A stretch of DNA of 64,000 nt from an uncultured Gemmatimonadales bacterium (lineage in GTDB: Bacteria > Gemmatimonadota > Gemmatimonadetes > Gemmatimonadales > Gemmatimonadaceae), in contig OY969695.1 of the NCBI GenBank assembly GCA_963701965.1, forward strand, positions 3,744,001 to 3,808,000, read 5' to 3'. The notes under the pieces were generated by a model, which was not told the DNA's origin, made no database searches, and was given only the letters and a program-made list of their open reading frames with translations. The number at the start of each line of letters is the position of its first letter. The stretch's first letter is position 1. Below, piece after piece: positions 19,519 through 27,818 of this stretch. Both the position numbers and the translations under genes were made by a program.

Positions 19519-20412
19519 ATGCGACCAATCCTGCTGGCTGCGTCGTGCGCGCTCCTCGGTGCCCGGCAGTGGATCGATATTCGGAACGTGGATCTGCACC
19601 TGAACGATCAGGTCACGCTCCGCGTGCGTTCCGTGCACGGCGAAGTGTTGCGGACCAAGGCCGACTCCCCCGCCACACTCGACGATCCCCAGTCGTTTCG
19701 TATCCGCATTGCGTCGGGTACCGTCGCGCTCACTGGCGATGACCTTGCGGGGCTGCTCAACGCCGTGATTCTGCACTACCCGGGCGCGCCCCTCAGCAAC
19801 GTGAGCGTCCGGATCACCGGCACACAGCTCTTCGTGAAGGGGACCCTGCACAAGGCCGGCGATCACCCAATCGAGATGACCGGGACGGTTGGCCTCATGC
19901 CCGATGGCCGCATCCGGCTCCACGTCATCAAGACGCACCTCGTGGGTATCAATGGCGAGGCGCTGCTGCACACCTTCGGACTGCACCTGGACAACGCCGT
20001 CTCGCTCCAGGGCGCGAAAGGCGCCACGATCAAGGGCGACGATCTCTTCCTCGACCCGCTGCCGTATCTCCCGCCGCCCGCGATCGAAGGCCGTCTCGCC
20101 GCCGTGCGCATCGAAGGCGCCGAGCTGGTGGAAGAATTCGCGCGAACGCCGGACGATGCGACGTTTCAACGCGCCGTCCGGCCCGACACGACCGGCAACT
20201 TTCTCTACTTCCGCTGTGGCGAGTTGCGCTTTGGCCGCTTGCTCATGCGCGACACCGACCTCCGGATCATGAGCCAGGATCCGCACAAGGCGTTCGACCT
20301 CAACCTGCCGCACTACAGCCGTCAGCTGGTGGCCGGCTATTCACGCACCAGGGCCGATTCCGGACTCACGGTGTTCATGCCCAACTTCGCGACGCTGAAC
20401 GCGCCGCACTGA
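19519..20412 (+). CDS. Hypothetical exported protein (DUF2993/LmeA-like beta scaffold possible)
   Basis: Signal-like N-terminus, long ORF with typical codon bias. Confidence 0.65.
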   Translation: MRPILLAASCALLGARQWIDIRNVDLHLNDQVTLRVRSVHGEVLRTKADSPATLDDPQSFRIRIASGTVALTGDDLAGLLNAVILHYPGAPLSNVSVRITGTQLFVKGTLHKAGDHPIEMTGTVGLMPDGRIRLHVIKTHLVGINGEALLHTFGLHLDNAVSLQGAKGATIKGDDLFLDPLPYLPPPAIEGRLAAVRIEGAELVEEFARTPDDATFQRAVRPDTTGNFLYFRCGELRFGRLLMRDTDLRIMSQDPHKAFDLNLPHYSRQLVAGYSRTRADSGLTVFMPNFATLNAPH

Positions 20413-20865
20413 GAGCGCGCGTTCCGGGTCGCCGATCGCGAACGCGGCGAAGCACAGCGCCAGCACCGAGTGGTCGAGCGAGGCGCCGAAGTATTGCCAC
20501 ATTGGCGCGTGCGGCCCCGGATAGTTCGACGAGAACAACAGCGCCAGCATGTACACAAGCCCACAACCGCTGGCCGCGCGCGTCCAGACGCCGAGGATGA
20601 GGGAGAGGCCGATGGCCAGCTCCCCGTACGCGGCCAGAAACGCGATCGCGGTGCCGTGCGCGAGCACGAAGTCGCGAAGGACGGGGATCATGAACGGGTA
20701 CGCCGCTCCATCCGTCAGGAAGCGGTTGATCCACCCTTGAAAGCCGCCGCCCAGCGTGAACGCCGTGCCGAAGACCTTGTATTCGCCGAAGATGACGAAG
20801 AGAACGCCGACCGCGATGCGCAGCAGCCCGAAGGCCGTATCGTTCCGCGACGGCGCGGTCGGCAC
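20341..20865 (-). CDS. DoxX family membrane protein
   Basis: LLRIAVGVLF, YGELAIGLSLILGVWTR. Confidence 0.8.
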   Translation of the reverse strand: MPTAPSRNDTAFGLLRIAVGVLFVIFGEYKVFGTAFTLGGGFQGWINRFLTDGAAYPFMIPVLRDFVLAHGTAIAFLAAYGELAIGLSLILGVWTRAASGCGLVYMLALLFSSNYPGPHAPMWQYFGASLDHSVLALCFAAFAIGDPERALSVRRVQRREVGHEHRESGIGPGA

Positions 20866-21353
20866 TAGTGCGTCAGCGCGTCGACGCCCGCTTGCGCCGC
20901 GGTGGCATCCTGATCGGAGGCCATGCCGCTGCAGCCGACCGCCCCGATCACTTTGCCATCGACGATGATGGGAATGCCCCCGGCGACGGCCGCGACGCCG
21001 GTGAACGAGAGAACGCCCAGGTTGCCGTCCTTGAGCGCATCGGCGAAGGCTTTCGTCGGACGCTTGAATCGCGCGGCCGTCCGGGCCTTTTCGATGGCGA
21101 CGTCCAGGCTGCCGTTCTGCACGTCATCCATGCGATGAAAGAGGATCAGGCCCCCGGTGGCGTCGACGATGGCGATCGCCATCGTCCAGTTGTGCTTCTT
21201 GGCCTCGGCTTCGGCCGCGGCGGCCATCTTCTGGGCGGCCTCGAGGCTCGGGACTTTCGTATCGAGCAACTGGGCGCGGGCCGCGCTGGGGGCGACGCCG
21301 GAGAGCGCCGTCGCCACGACGGTCGCGATGCCGATCTGCACAGAGAGTTTCAT
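20865..21353 (-). CDS. GlcG/HbpS (DUF336) heme-binding protein
   Basis: IAIVDATG, RMD, AIEKARTA..FKRPT, GGIPI..GKVIGAVGCSG. Confidence 0.9.
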   Translation of the reverse strand: MKLSVQIGIATVVATALSGVAPSAARAQLLDTKVPSLEAAQKMAAAAEAEAKKHNWTMAIAIVDATGGLILFHRMDDVQNGSLDVAIEKARTAARFKRPTKAFADALKDGNLGVLSFTGVAAVAGGIPIIVDGKVIGAVGCSGMASDQDATAAQAGVDALTH

Positions 21354-21497
21354 AGTGGGACGAACCTACTAGGGCCCGCTGGATTTTGCCATCCGGCAGA
21401 GCCCCAGTTTGGTCACCGCGCCGAGGGCCGCCTTTGGTCTACTGGCTTGTCGCCGCGCCGTGGCGCTCGCCGCGAAGTAGTGGGCACGGTTCGAGCG

Positions 21498-22004
21498 TCA
21501 GGCGCCGGCTTTTTCCTGCTCCGCGGTTGGTCCGCGCGCGGCGCGGTCGATCTGCCGGATCGCGCCCAGATGATAGGCGAGATGGGCGATGCTGCCGACG
21601 ATGCCGTTCAGCACCACCACGTCGACGTCGCGCGGCGTGCCGAGCGCGCCCAACCAGCGGTGCGCTTCCTCACCCAGCTGCGTCCGAAGCGCGCGCCACT
21701 GCGCGTCGGAGACGGTGGTGTTTCGCCAGCTCGCCGTCCAGTCGGCGCCGGCCCACGGATCTCCTCCTGACGCCGCCCACTGATTCATGAGCGACAGACC
21801 GTAGCGCAGGTGGTCGACGTGCGCCGCAATCGACGCGCCTCCCGCCACGGTCGCCGACGCATCCGCGGCCGAGACGCGATCCAGGGATCGCAGGAGTCCA
21901 GAGTCTCCCCGATTGAGCATATAGGACGGCTGCTGCGCCGGCGTGCCGTCCACCAGCTCGGCGAACAGCGTCGTGAGGGTGTCGTGAAGCGCGGTGCTGT
22001 TCAT
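21498..22004 (-). CDS. DinB family protein
   Basis: SIAAHVDHLRY, HLAYHLGAIRQ. Confidence 0.85.
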   Translation of the reverse strand: MNSTALHDTLTTLFAELVDGTPAQQPSYMLNRGDSGLLRSLDRVSAADASATVAGGASIAAHVDHLRYGLSLMNQWAASGGDPWAGADWTASWRNTTVSDAQWRALRTQLGEEAHRWLGALGTPRDVDVVVLNGIVGSIAHLAYHLGAIRQIDRAARGPTAEQEKAGA

Positions 22005-22019
22005 GCGCAGGCCTCCCGA

Positions 22020-22523
22020 TCAGAGATCTTTGGACATCACGATGCAGTGGCAGGCGAGACCATCCTGCAGTGCGCGTGTCGGCACGAACTCCTCCGCGCC
22101 GGTCTCGACATAGCCGAGTTTGCGGTAGAACGGTGGGAGCTCCGTACGGAGACTCAGAACCGTGAGCTCCATGGACGTGCAACCGCTCCGGCGACACACG
22201 TCTTCCGCCGCGGCGACCATGGCGCGGCCGATACCACGCGATTGCCATCCAGGATCGACGGCGAGCATGCCGAACCAGCCGCGGCAGCCGGTGACTTTGG
22301 TTCGGACGCTCGCGATCAGCTTGCCCGAGTGATCCTCGGCGACCAGGAACCGGCTCGTCGCCAGCATTCGTTCAAGCTCTGCCTGGTCGGTCCGGGTCCC
22401 GCCCAAGAACGTCTCAACAGCGAAGGCGGTGTTCGTAACTGACGCCACGGCAGGTACATCCGCGATTTGACCCGGCCGGATACGAATGCCATAAGGTGTC
22501 ATGTCGAATTCGGCATTGCTCAT
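22020..22523 (-). CDS. GNAT acetyltransferase
   Basis: GMLAVDPGWQSRGIGRAMV, FYRKLGY; start 22523 or 22502. Confidence 0.85.
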   Translation of the reverse strand: MSNAEFDMTPYGIRIRPGQIADVPAVASVTNTAFAVETFLGGTRTDQAELERMLATSRFLVAEDHSGKLIASVRTKVTGCRGWFGMLAVDPGWQSRGIGRAMVAAAEDVCRRSGCTSMELTVLSLRTELPPFYRKLGYVETGAEEFVPTRALQDGLACHCIVMSKDL

Positions 22524-22562
22524 TCGTCGTGTTGGTGACCCCCAATATATCAGGAGACGACA

Positions 22563-22961
22563 ATGCGACTCACGAACAATGCCCCCGCCAAGACCAACGC
22601 GCTGCTCTGGACCGTTCAGGGCCTCCTGGCCGCGCTCTTCCTCTTCGCTGGCGGTATGAAGCTGGCTCTGCCGTCCGCGGCCCTGGCCGCGCAGTCGACG
22701 CTCCCCGTCGCCTTTATCCGGTTCATCGGCGTCTGCGAGATGCTCGGCGCGCTCGGTCTCATCCTTCCGGAACTGCTCCGCATGCGCATCGAGTTGACGC
22801 CCCTCGCCGCGAGCGGACTCGTGATCATCATGATCGGCGCGGTCAGCGTCACGGCGATGAGCGCCGCTGCCTCGACTGCGGCGATCGTCACGCCCGCGGT
22901 AGTCGGCTGCTTGGCCGCGGTCGTGGCCTATGGCCGGGCGCGCCGCATCGCGTACAATTGA
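22563..22961 (+). CDS. DoxX-like (DoxX_2) membrane protein
   Basis: LWTVQGLLAALFLFAGGMK, IGVCEMLGALGLILP, LTPLAA; AGGAG RBS. Confidence 0.85.
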   Translation: MRLTNNAPAKTNALLWTVQGLLAALFLFAGGMKLALPSAALAAQSTLPVAFIRFIGVCEMLGALGLILPELLRMRIELTPLAASGLVIIMIGAVSVTAMSAAASTAAIVTPAVVGCLAAVVAYGRARRIAYN

Positions 22962-22964
22962 TTC

Positions 22965-23486
22965 ATGCAATGCTCCGTCTTTTGCGCCACGAGCCTCGAC
23001 GGCTATATCGCGCGCGCGGATGACGGATTGGATTGGCTGCCGACGGATCCCGAGCCGCACGGGTACGATGAGTTCATAGCCACGATCGACGCCATTGTCA
23101 TGGGCCGCAAGACGTTCGACGTCGTGCTCGCGTTTGGCTCGTGGCTCTACGGGACCACGCCGGTGATCGTGCTCACGTCGCGCCCCGACGCGGTGGCGCG
23201 GCCGGCGGGAGCAGTCGTCGAGGGGATGTCCGGCACGCCCGGGGAGATCGTCGCCCGTCTGGAGCAGCGGGGGATGCGCCACCTCTACATCAATGGCGGG
23301 ATCACGATCCAGCGTTTTGTCGCGGCAGGGCTGATCCAGCGCATGACCATCACGCAGATCCCCGTGCTGCTCGGCACGGGGATCCCGTTATTCGGCCCGG
23401 TCCCGCACGACATCCGGCTGCGGCCCGTTGCCACGCGTTCGTATCCGAGCGGCCTGGTACAGACGGAATACGAAGTGCTAGCGTAG
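22965..23486 (+). CDS. RibD C-terminal / dihydrofolate reductase family protein
   Basis: ATSLDGYIA, VMGRKTF, YINGG, IPVLLGTGIPLF. Confidence 0.9.
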   Translation: MQCSVFCATSLDGYIARADDGLDWLPTDPEPHGYDEFIATIDAIVMGRKTFDVVLAFGSWLYGTTPVIVLTSRPDAVARPAGAVVEGMSGTPGEIVARLEQRGMRHLYINGGITIQRFVAAGLIQRMTITQIPVLLGTGIPLFGPVPHDIRLRPVATRSYPSGLVQTEYEVLA

Positions 23487-24023
23487 CGTCTGCAGGTTCT
23501 TGTAGAAGTAAGTCGCGGCGCACATCGCGCGGTCGGGGCCCAGCGCGTAGTCCGGAATGGAGCCCAGCCGCTGCCAGCCGAGGCGGGCGTAGAGGCGGTC
23601 GCCTTCGCTGCCCGTGACGGTGTCGAGGATCAGCAAGGTCCGGCCAGCCCGGCGGGCGGCATCCTCGGCGGCGCGCACCAGCGCCGCGCCGAGACCCAGG
23701 CGGCGCGCCCGGCGGTGCACCAGCAGCTTCGCCAGCTCGCCCCAATGGCGCTGATTCTCAAAGGGGGCGAAGATGATCTGTACCGTGCCGTGGATCCGGC
23801 CCGACCCATCCCCGGCGACGATTAGCACGCGCTCGTTCCGCTGGGCGCTGGCGATCACGCCGCGCCAGTAGGCGAGCGCGGTGTCGCGGGCGAGCGGGGC
23901 CAGGAACGTCACCGATGCGCCGCCGTCCACGCAGTCGATCAGGATATCGGCGAGAACCTCGGCGAGCGCGTCGGTGCGATCGTCCGCGGCGACCGCGTGA
24001 ATCTGGATGTCAGCGGAGACCAT
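23478..24023 (-). CDS. GNAT acetyltransferase (Ttr-like)
   Basis: CVDGGASVTF, NQRH..LAKLLVHRRARRLG, LLILDT, IPDYAL. Confidence 0.88.
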   Translation of the reverse strand: MVSADIQIHAVAADDRTDALAEVLADILIDCVDGGASVTFLAPLARDTALAYWRGVIASAQRNERVLIVAGDGSGRIHGTVQIIFAPFENQRHWGELAKLLVHRRARRLGLGAALVRAAEDAARRAGRTLLILDTVTGSEGDRLYARLGWQRLGSIPDYALGPDRAMCAATYFYKNLQTLR

Positions 24024-24038
24024 CCCGTAAGATGCGCC

Positions 24039-24944
24039 TCACGCCGAGGCGGCGCCGGCGAACGATTCGGTCAATGCGCCGGCGAGCGCGGGGCGCATCG
24101 CTCCGGCGACCAGGAGAAACGCCCCGGCTTCGAGCAGCGTGTCGAAGACATAGTTCACTCCTTCCACCATGCCCTCGGGCTTGGCCATCACGAGAACCGG
24201 GAGATAGAGGCATACGGTCAGGAGGACCAGGACGAGCCCGATCGCCGCCGCCGCGGTGCGGGGGTTTCGGTTGACCAGGAGCGCAATGCCACCGATGAGA
24301 AAGACGGTGCCGGTCAAATAGCCCCACACGGGCGCCAGCGGCACCCAGGCCGGCGTCATCATCTTGAGCGGAACGCCGGGCGCGAAGTCGGGATGGAGCA
24401 CCAGCTCGATCGCGAAGAAGCACGCGGCGACGGCGACGATCGTCCGTCCGATACCGATCAGCAGGCTGGCGCGGGCGATGCGCCCGGAGTCGAGCTGGGT
24501 CCCGGCGAGGGCGATGGCGCCGCCGGCGAACGACGTGTCCCGCACCATGACGGCCCAGAGGGTCCGGTTGCCCGGTTCCTGGACGACGTTGGGGATGTGG
24601 ATCATGAGGACGAACAGGACGAACATGAGCCCTAGTAGCGGCGCCGTTGCGCGCACGAGTTTTTTCAGGGATAAGCTGAGGGCCGCCGCTACTAGGGCGA
24701 AGCCGACGAGATAGGCCCAGAAGAGACGTCCGGGCATCCAATGGGGAACGAGCTGCGCCAGCGCTTTCGGGGCGAGCAGGTGCTCGGACCCAAAGACGGC
24801 CAGCGCCGCCGCGAAAAACGTGGGGCCGAGGACGATCAGTTTGTCGAGTCCCTGGCCCGCCGCGAGCTCATCGCGGACGGTCACGCCGCCCAGCATCAGG
24901 ATCACGAGGCCGGCGGCACACAACTCCGCGACGAATGTCGGCAT
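24039..24944 (-). CDS. DoxX-like multi-pass membrane protein with internal duplication
   Basis: Two repeats: VPHWMPGRLFWAYLVG and TPAWVPLAPVWGYLTG. Confidence 0.7.
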   Translation of the reverse strand: MPTFVAELCAAGLVILMLGGVTVRDELAAGQGLDKLIVLGPTFFAAALAVFGSEHLLAPKALAQLVPHWMPGRLFWAYLVGFALVAAALSLSLKKLVRATAPLLGLMFVLFVLMIHIPNVVQEPGNRTLWAVMVRDTSFAGGAIALAGTQLDSGRIARASLLIGIGRTIVAVAACFFAIELVLHPDFAPGVPLKMMTPAWVPLAPVWGYLTGTVFLIGGIALLVNRNPRTAAAAIGLVLVLLTVCLYLPVLVMAKPEGMVEGVNYVFDTLLEAGAFLLVAGAMRPALAGALTESFAGAASA

Positions 24945-25168
24945 CAGGAGGCTGCTCCCTTCCTCTTGGGAATGCTCATCGCTTTCCAGTCCGCGCCGCG
25001 GAGGGGTTTGCCGAGGGCAACGTTGTTGGATTCGGGGTCTGGGGCTCGGAAAAAGTCGCCATCATCGAGTTGGGCCAGGGCCCCATCCGCCATCCGCTTG
25101 TAGCCGCGAAACGTGAGCAGGGTATCTCCCAGGGACGTCCCTCCAATCGTCGCGTCGTTGCTCGCCAC
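24944..25168 (-). pseudogene. DUF1572 (DinB-like) gene with large in-frame internal deletion
   Basis: N-terminus FRGYKRMADGALAQLDD..PESN joined directly to C-terminus LGKPLRGADWKAMSIPK. Confidence 0.65.
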
Positions 25169-25275
25169 ACATCCTCCTCAAATAGTGTAACGGCCCGCCT
25201 CCGGCGCGTTATATCCAAGTTCGCGCGTTTGGCTTGGTCCATCTCGGGGCCCGCGATAGTATTTTATCCGCTCAT

Positions 25276-26433
25276 ATGCCATCAACGCGCGTGCCGCGGC
25301 GCGTGCTCCTGGTAGAGCAAAACGTCAATGGAACGGCTGGGGGTTCCTACCAGGCGCTCTTCGATCTGGCGCGCGGGCTGGACCGTGCGCGCTATACGCC
25401 GGTCGTGCTCTTCTACCAGTCCAATCGTTTCGTTCCGCGACTCACGGCGCTCGGCGTGACGGTACTGCTCTGGCCCAAGGAACGCCGGGTGGGCGGGCGG
25501 CTGGTGAACGTGATCGCCGGCATCGTGCGCCGCGCGAAGTTCCTGTGGCGGCACCGGATCGATCTCGTGCACCTGAATGACACGCCGGCGGTCGGCTCCA
25601 ATGATTGGATGCCCGCGGCGTGGCTTCTGAGCCTGCCCTGTCTGACGGCTGCCCGGGGCATCGTGCGGCCAGCCGCGGATCCCATCCACCGGTGGTTGCA
25701 GCGTCGCTTCGATTTCATCCTCGCGGATAGTCGCCACGTCGCCGATGCCGTGATCGCGTCGGTCGCGCCGGCGGACCGCGTGCGCGTCGTCTACGAGGGG
25801 GTGGACGCCGATGCGTTCCGCGGTTCGATCCGTCAGTCGGGCGCGGCGATCCGCGAACGCTATGGCGTGGAGCCGGACGCCATTCTCGTGGTCATGGTCG
25901 GACATCTGCGCCCCTGGAAAGGGCAGCACGTCGTCGTCGACGCGCTGTCCCGCGTGACGACGGCGCGCGATCGGCTGCGGACGCTCTTCGTCGGGGGCAC
26001 GCCGTCGGGCGAGGAGCCTTACGAGGCGACGCTCCGCGCATCCGTGGCGGCGGCCGGTCTCGATCGGGTGGTCACGTTTGTCGGCGAGAGCGAGGATGTG
26101 GCCGACCTCATGAACGCGGCCGACATCGTCGTGCACGCGTCGACGAGGCCGGAACCGTTCGGCATCGTCGTCGTCGAAGGCCTGGCCCTCGGCAAAGCCG
26201 TCGTCGCGTCGGCCCTCGGGGGCCCGCTCGAGATCATCACGCCCGGTACGGGTCTGCTCTTCGACACGAAGCGGCCGGAAGAGCTGGCCGCCATCCTGGA
26301 CCGCCTTGCCTCCGACGCCGGGTTACGCGCCGAGTTGGGCCGCGCCGCGGTGGCGCGCGCGGACGTGTTCTCGGTGCGCGAGCTCGTGAAGGGGACCGAG
26401 GCGGCCTACGACCGCACGCGCGGGGCGCGCTGA
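25276..26433 (+). CDS. Glycosyltransferase family 4
   Basis: GGSYQAL, GHLRPWKGQ, PEPFGIVVVEGLALG. Confidence 0.9.
   Translation: MPSTRVPRRVLLVEQNVNGTAGGSYQALFDLARGLDRARYTPVVLFYQSNRFVPRLTALGVTVLLWPKERRVGGRLVNVIAGIVRRAKFLWRHRIDLVHLNDTPAVGSNDWMPAAWLLSLPCLTAARGIVRPAADPIHRWLQRRFDFILADSRHVADAVIASVAPADRVRVVYEGVDADAFRGSIRQSGAAIRERYGVEPDAILVVMVGHLRPWKGQHVVVDALSRVTTARDRLRTLFVGGTPSGEEPYEATLRASVAAAGLDRVVTFVGESEDVADLMNAADIVVHASTRPEPFGIVVVEGLALGKAVVASALGGPLEIITPGTGLLFDTKRPEELAAILDRLASDAGLRAELGRAAVARADVFSVRELVKGTEAAYDRTRGAR
26381..26419 (+). repeat. Direct repeat A, copy 1 (3' end of GT4)
   Basis: 34/39 identical to 36367-36405; core TGAAGGGGACCGAGGCSGCCTACGAC 25/26. Confidence 0.85.
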
Positions 26434-26864
26434 CCGCTCAGCGCTTTTTCGCGGTCCCGGCGTTTTTTCCAGATCATGTAACCGACAGGACCTCCGAGCG
26501 CCACACTCGGCAGGAGCACAAGAATGGTGTCGGTCCAGGCCCAGTGGGTGCGCGCTTGGATGTCCGTAGCCACTATCGCCAGAAACCACGGAATCATTGC
26601 GATGACGGTGATCGGCATGGCCAACCACAGACGTCGGTACAGCGGCCACGCGGCTCCCATGACCACGGCGCCGATCGGATAAGTGACGGCCAGCAGCCAA
26701 AAGTCGCACGTGCCCGATCCGGGCGACTGTCCGCAAGATTGATAGCGACCGCCGAAAACCGCGGCCGCGAGGATCAGCACGTCGAAGACGCCGAAGAACG
26801 TGCCCCAATAGGCGCCCAATGTTATGGCGCGAGACCAGAGCGGCGCATCGGGATCAAATCGCAT
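26406..26864 (-). CDS. Hypothetical 4-TM membrane protein
   Basis: Four hydrophobic helices with a C-x7-C loop. Confidence 0.6.
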   Translation of the reverse strand: MRFDPDAPLWSRAITLGAYWGTFFGVFDVLILAAAVFGGRYQSCGQSPGSGTCDFWLLAVTYPIGAVVMGAAWPLYRRLWLAMPITVIAMIPWFLAIVATDIQARTHWAWTDTILVLLPSVALGGPVGYMIWKKRRDREKALSGQRAPRVRS

Positions 26865-26874
26865 CGGCCCCGGT

Positions 26875-27255
26875 CTACTGGACCCGGATGATCCCGACGC
26901 GCAATCCACTGCCCGCCGACAACTGTCCTTCGCTCGAGTTCAACAACTGGAGCATTTGCGTGCTGGCCAACGGCCCGCCCTGGAACAGGAAGTACACGGA
27001 TTCGGTGCCGGGGATGCCGTTCAGGATATAGTCAAAGCTGCCGGGAGCGGCCACATACGTCTTGAGCGGCGCCGGGACCGGGAATCCCGATGGGGCGGCG
27101 GCGGACAGGCCCGCGAAAATATTCCGGAAGTCGAAGCTGGGCAGCGTCGCCCGGGCGTCGAGCGGATGGAACGTCGTGGAGTCGGCCAGCGTGTGCCAAC
27201 TCCGAGGACAATACGGGCGCTGCGTGCTGACCAGATCGCGACGGGAGACGCGCAA
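26875..27255 (-). CDS. Hypothetical protein or gene fragment
   Basis: 3' part looks coding; weak TTG start. Confidence 0.35.
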   Translation of the reverse strand: MRVSRRDLVSTQRPYCPRSWHTLADSTTFHPLDARATLPSFDFRNIFAGLSAAAPSGFPVPAPLKTYVAAPGSFDYILNGIPGTESVYFLFQGGPLASTQMLQLLNSSEGQLSAGSGLRVGIIRVQ

Positions 27256-27283
27256 ACATGCTGCGCGGCAACTCTCTAGGGGA

Positions 27284-27652
27284 CTACCGCGAGATGAACG
27301 ACAGTCCGGTCACATGGCCCGTGGGACCATAGGTCACCGTGGTCTCGATGACCTCGCGCGCAAACACCGTCCCCAAGATCACTTTGCGGATCGGCGCCGC
27401 GGACGAGTCGACCCGCACGTCGGCGAAGCGCTTGAACGCGCCGGCCTCGTCAATGACCTGCTTCCAGTACGCCGCCAACTGCGGCGTGGGATGCTTCGCC
27501 CTCAAGTCCGGATCAAAACGGGACTCGGCGCTATCCGGATGCCCTTGCACCAAAACGGTGACCAACGCCTTCGCTCGGGAAACCGGGTCGAACACCGTCG
27601 AATCGCCGGGCTGGGCCCAAGCCAGTAGCCAGGCCAGCGAGAGTGCAAGCAT
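27284..27652 (-). CDS. DUF3887-like exported protein
   Basis: Signal peptide, FDPDLR..QLAAYWKQVIDEAGAF, VTGLSF. Confidence 0.6.
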   Translation of the reverse strand: MLALSLAWLLAWAQPGDSTVFDPVSRAKALVTVLVQGHPDSAESRFDPDLRAKHPTPQLAAYWKQVIDEAGAFKRFADVRVDSSAAPIRKVILGTVFAREVIETTVTYGPTGHVTGLSFISR

Positions 27653-27818
27653 GTGATTACTACGCCATTGGCCTGGGTGGGGTTTCGCTCGGCAGCGTTT
27701 CCCAAAATGCAGTCATGCGTTTCCGGCCGGCGTCGTGAGACCAAAGGGGCATAAGATCGTCGTGGCCCGCCGGATGAGTACATCCTAATTTAGGGGGGCT
27801 CGGGCAGGCGGAGGCCGC

